This document shows, piece by piece, positions 60,548 to 64,000 of a stretch of 64,000 nt of DNA. This DNA is from Octopus sinensis (taxonomy: Eukaryota). A program made the translations under genes and the position numbers. The DNA is taken from NCBI RefSeq assembly GCF_006345805.1, contig NC_043010.1, positions 31,992,001 to 32,056,000 of the forward strand, given 5' to 3'. The stretch's first letter is position 1; each line of letters opens with the position of its first letter. The notes beneath the pieces were generated by a model. It was not told where the DNA came from. It worked only from the letters and a program-made list of their open reading frames with translations, and ran no database searches.

Positions 60548-60898
60548 AGTTATATATTTAAGAGATGAGGAATTATGTACATTATGTACATTATTTACAT
60601 TTGACGAATATTTGTCCTCATCTTTGTTGTTAACACGTTTCGGCTGATATACCCTCCAGCCTTCATCAGGTGTCTTGGGGCAATTTTGAGCCTGGGTTCT
60701 CATTCCTAAGGTATTTTTTGATGACGGCCCTTTCATTTTGCAGAACCCTTTGTTTTATCATCCTGTGTTTGTCCTTTTATATTTTATATTAGCCCCTGTG
60801 GTCAATAAAACAAGAATTTGTCGTCGTCGTTGTTGCCGCCATCGTCGTTGTTCAGGTCACTGCCTGGAATTGAACTTGTAATCTTGAGGTTGGAAGCT
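60548..60898 (-). mobile_element. SINE-like element with B box, internal (AAC/GAC) microsatellite and hammerhead-bearing 3' module
   Basis: B box GTTCAATTCC (60866-60875, minus); 3' module AAAAATACCTTAGGAATGAGAACCCAGG...CTGATGA...GAAAC; terminal (AATGTACAT)-type tandem repeats. The A box is missing (5' truncation). Confidence 0.7.
60632..60674 (-). ncRNA. Hammerhead-like motif in the SINE 3' module
   Basis: GACAC-CTGATGA-A-GGCTG-(10 nt)-CAGCC-GAAA-C-GTGTT: intact CUGAUGA/GAAA core, perfect 5-bp stem II, stem I GACAC/GTGTT. Comparison with the 61146 copy (GAAACATTGTGTT) implies 3 nt of the stem III/cleavage segment were deleted here. Confidence 0.6.
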
Positions 60899-60899
60899 G

Positions 60900-61243
<344 letters not shown>

Positions 61244-61734
61244 TCCATCATTATCATCAAACCAATCTTGGTGTTTTTTTGAAACAAAGCCAAGAATGTT
61301 ACTACAAACCTCATATACTCTTTCTCTGAATGACTTCCAGCTTCCATCACAGGACAAATTATTAATATCACTCACAAACTCACTGTGTACTGATGGAATC
61401 TTAAGTTTATTGACGTGAATCCGTTTAGGTAATTTGTCATTATTTGTTCTAACCTTAGGTATGACAACAAAATTCACCTTGGCACGCAAAAACCTATGGT
61501 CAGTCCAGCACTCTGCACCACACATCACTCGTACAATAGTAAAGTTCCTAACATCTCGTTTCCTGGTGAGGATGTAATCTATATGATATATATATATATA
61601 GATGTGTGTATTTTTTCCCTTGTTAACAATTAACACAGAAAAAATAGATAAATACTTACCAGGGTAGCAAAAAATCACACAAGTAAAAAGGTTGTAACAT
61701 TTACGTGAAATTTTTTGTATAATAAATGTTTGTG

Positions 61735-61962
61735 TGTGTGTGTATGTGATGTTTGGTTGTCTGTCTATCACCCCCACCATCGCTTGACAACCGATGTTGG
61801 TGTGTTTACGTCCACATAATTTAGTGGTTTGGCAAGAGAGACCAATAGAATAATTACTAGGCTTACAAAGAATAAGTCCTGGAATTGATCTGTTCAGCTA
61901 AAGGAAGTGCTCCAGCATGGTTGCAGTCAAACAACTGAAACAAGTAAAAGAATAAAAGAATA
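61735..61962 (+). mobile_element. SINE family B, 3' half
   Basis: CATCGCTTGACAACCGATGTTGGTGTGTTTACGTCC...GCTCCAGCATGG...ACTGAAACAAGTAAAAGAATAAAAG. Confidence 0.85.
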
Positions 61963-62029
61963 TATATATATATCTAAGTCACAATATATGGATTCAAGCA
62001 ATCTTTAAATTCTCATAAAAAGCTCCTGA

Positions 62030-62295
62030 TTGCATCATTCATGAGAAAGCATTTTGCTTTCTCATGCTATTATTACAATAAGGATTGAATGATCACTGAT
62101 TCAACATGAAATATTATCTTTGCAAAAACAGTAGTATCTTTCATTTTTACTTTTCACTATAATGTTTCATTTTTGATAAAATTTTTAAAATGCTTGTTTG
62201 AATAAACCCATTTCAAGAAGGTATCAAGTGGGCTGCTGCAAGATAAAAGTCTGTGGGCTACATGCGGCTTACAGGTCACAGGTTGGCTAGCCCAT
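62030..62295. mobile_element. Decayed hAT-like element end
   Basis: GTGGGCTACATGCGGCTTACAGGTCACAGGTTGGCTAGCCC resembles the CpG-decayed hAT subterminal GCGGGCCGCATGCGGCCCGCGGGCCGC motif. Confidence 0.45.
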
Positions 62296-63084
62296 ATGCC
62301 CTCACACACACACACACACACACCAATATATATGTATATATATATTATGCATAAATAAATACATGTACATTATTTATTTATCCATTCGTGCATATATATA
62401 GCACCTAAGTAGATGTCTGATAAACATTTTGCAATGGAGAGACAACCATTGTTGTACTTGTGAAAAAACACCCAGATTCAGTTAACTGAGCCCAATGAGC
62501 TAGGTTTTGGTAAAAAGCCTACAAAAATTAAAGTTGTATGAGGCCAAATCAAACTGTTTTTAAATAATAATATATGTAACTCCTCTAAATGTGCTGAGTG
62601 CCTTCTTTTGTTTGTCCACTCACCAATATAGATCCACACACACACATACATATATATTAATACTAAAAGGTAATATTTATCTCCCACTTAAAGTAGGTGT
62701 TATGTCAGAACATAAAATACTACATTATATACCATGAGAGGACCACTCATATAGACTTGTGGTGCATAAAAGCACTTGTGTTTATACCACTGATGGGCGA
62801 TAACTATCTGCTACAGCAGCCACTAGAACAGCCAGATCATGTGATGTCATCCTTCGTTGGACTTGTGTATGGTGGAGTCTATGTATTTATCTATCAATAT
62901 TTTTGCCATATACATATACATAGACACTTAGTAGATTGAGTAAAGTGACAGTATATCAAATGATTAATGCATCAGATGTCCGACTTTTAAATCAGAAGTC
63001 CATGTTTTGCTGTCAGCAATCATGTTTTTTGTTTCTTTGATTCAATACTCCCAGCTGGTGACAGAGGCCAGGCACACACAATAT

Positions 63085-63363
63085 ATATGCATGTATGTAT
63101 GTAGGGGTTGGTAGGTAAGTATGTGTGTAAAGATGTATATGCGTGTGTGTGTGTGTGTAAAGATGTATATGCATGTGTGTGTATATGTATGTATATATAT
63201 ATATATATATATATGTTCCATGTACTCGTGCTTCATACTTTTTTGTTGTACATATTTCGTGATGTTCTGTGCCCAATGTACATATATGTATGTATATATG
63301 CATATATATATATTATTTATATTACTATATGACTGAACCCCACACATCCTCTTCCATGGAAGT

Positions 63364-63451
<88 letters not shown>

Positions 63452-63680
63452 GTGTATGTGTGTATATATATATATATATATGCACATATATATACACATA
63501 TATATATACATACACATATATATCATGTATATATATAAATTTATATATATATATATCATGTATATTCATATATATATATACAATATACACACTGATAGCC
63601 AGAAAAATATGCATATATACATTAAAAAGTCTTACAGTTATACACACACACACATACACACACACACTCACACACGCACA
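63085..63680. repeat. (TA)n/(TG)n/(CA)n low-complexity tract
   Basis: Direct reading; source of the many YIYI/CVCV ORFs. Confidence 0.95.
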
Positions 63681-64000
63681 CATAATATCTATTGATGTTT
63701 AGGAGTTGGGAAATGAATAATAAAGGAGAAACTTTTATTTTTCCTAACAGCAAGATTAGGAATTAAAGAGAGGCAGAAGGAGAGAAAGCGATAACGAGAG
63801 AGAGAGAGAGAGAGTAGGTGTGTGTGTGTGTTAAAGAAAATATGGAAGAGGAGATAAATGTATGAGGGAAGGGTAAATGGGGGAATTTATAAGTGAAAAT
63901 GTGTGGGGGGAAACATAAAATGAATGGTAAAGTAATTTTGTTTTATATATGAAGGTATGTAGGGACGTAAGTAAATTGATAGAGAGATAAATACGGTAAT

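Noticed and set aside
62697-62939. 80-aa ORF in non-repetitive-looking sequence
   Set aside because: It has a GTG start, no recognisable motif and no flanking splice signals; its length is within chance expectation.

Overview
AT-rich animal genomic DNA, very likely a coleoid cephalopod (Octopus-like, judged from recognisable SINE/RTE repeat families and microsatellite density; inferred, not searched). I found no supportable host protein-coding exon. The window is intergenic or deep-intronic and consists largely of transposon debris. Contents: two Naiad-type Penelope-like elements (PLEs) and one old, near full-length Penelope-type PLE with inverted terminal repeats; several R4/Dong-type (restriction-like endonuclease) LINE fragments tied to (TAA)n; RTE-clade LINE fragments (one with a PHD finger inside the RT, one BovB-like with three C-terminal C2H2 fingers); an L2/CR1-like remnant; Helitron remnants; hAT and fold-back MITEs; and at least four tRNA-derived SINE families. 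The best leads are: (1) a recurrent variant minimal hammerhead-ribozyme motif (CUGANGA-A-stemII-GAAA-CG-UU) found both in PLE-LTR-like repeats and at the 3' end of a Pol III B-box-bearing SINE; (2) a young, GC/CpG-rich Tx1/L1-clade LINE with an unbroken 483-codon frame embedded in a (TATC)n microsatellite on both sides, suggesting microsatellite targeting; (3) a PLE GIY-YIG nuclease with about 131 Ser/Thr/Asn-rich codons inserted between its GIY and YIG motifs; (4) an internal RTE fragment sitting inside a Helitron-type element. Nearly all entries in the ORF track are microsatellite or antisense artefacts. All alignments and translations were done by eye, and coordinates of degenerate repeats are approximate.
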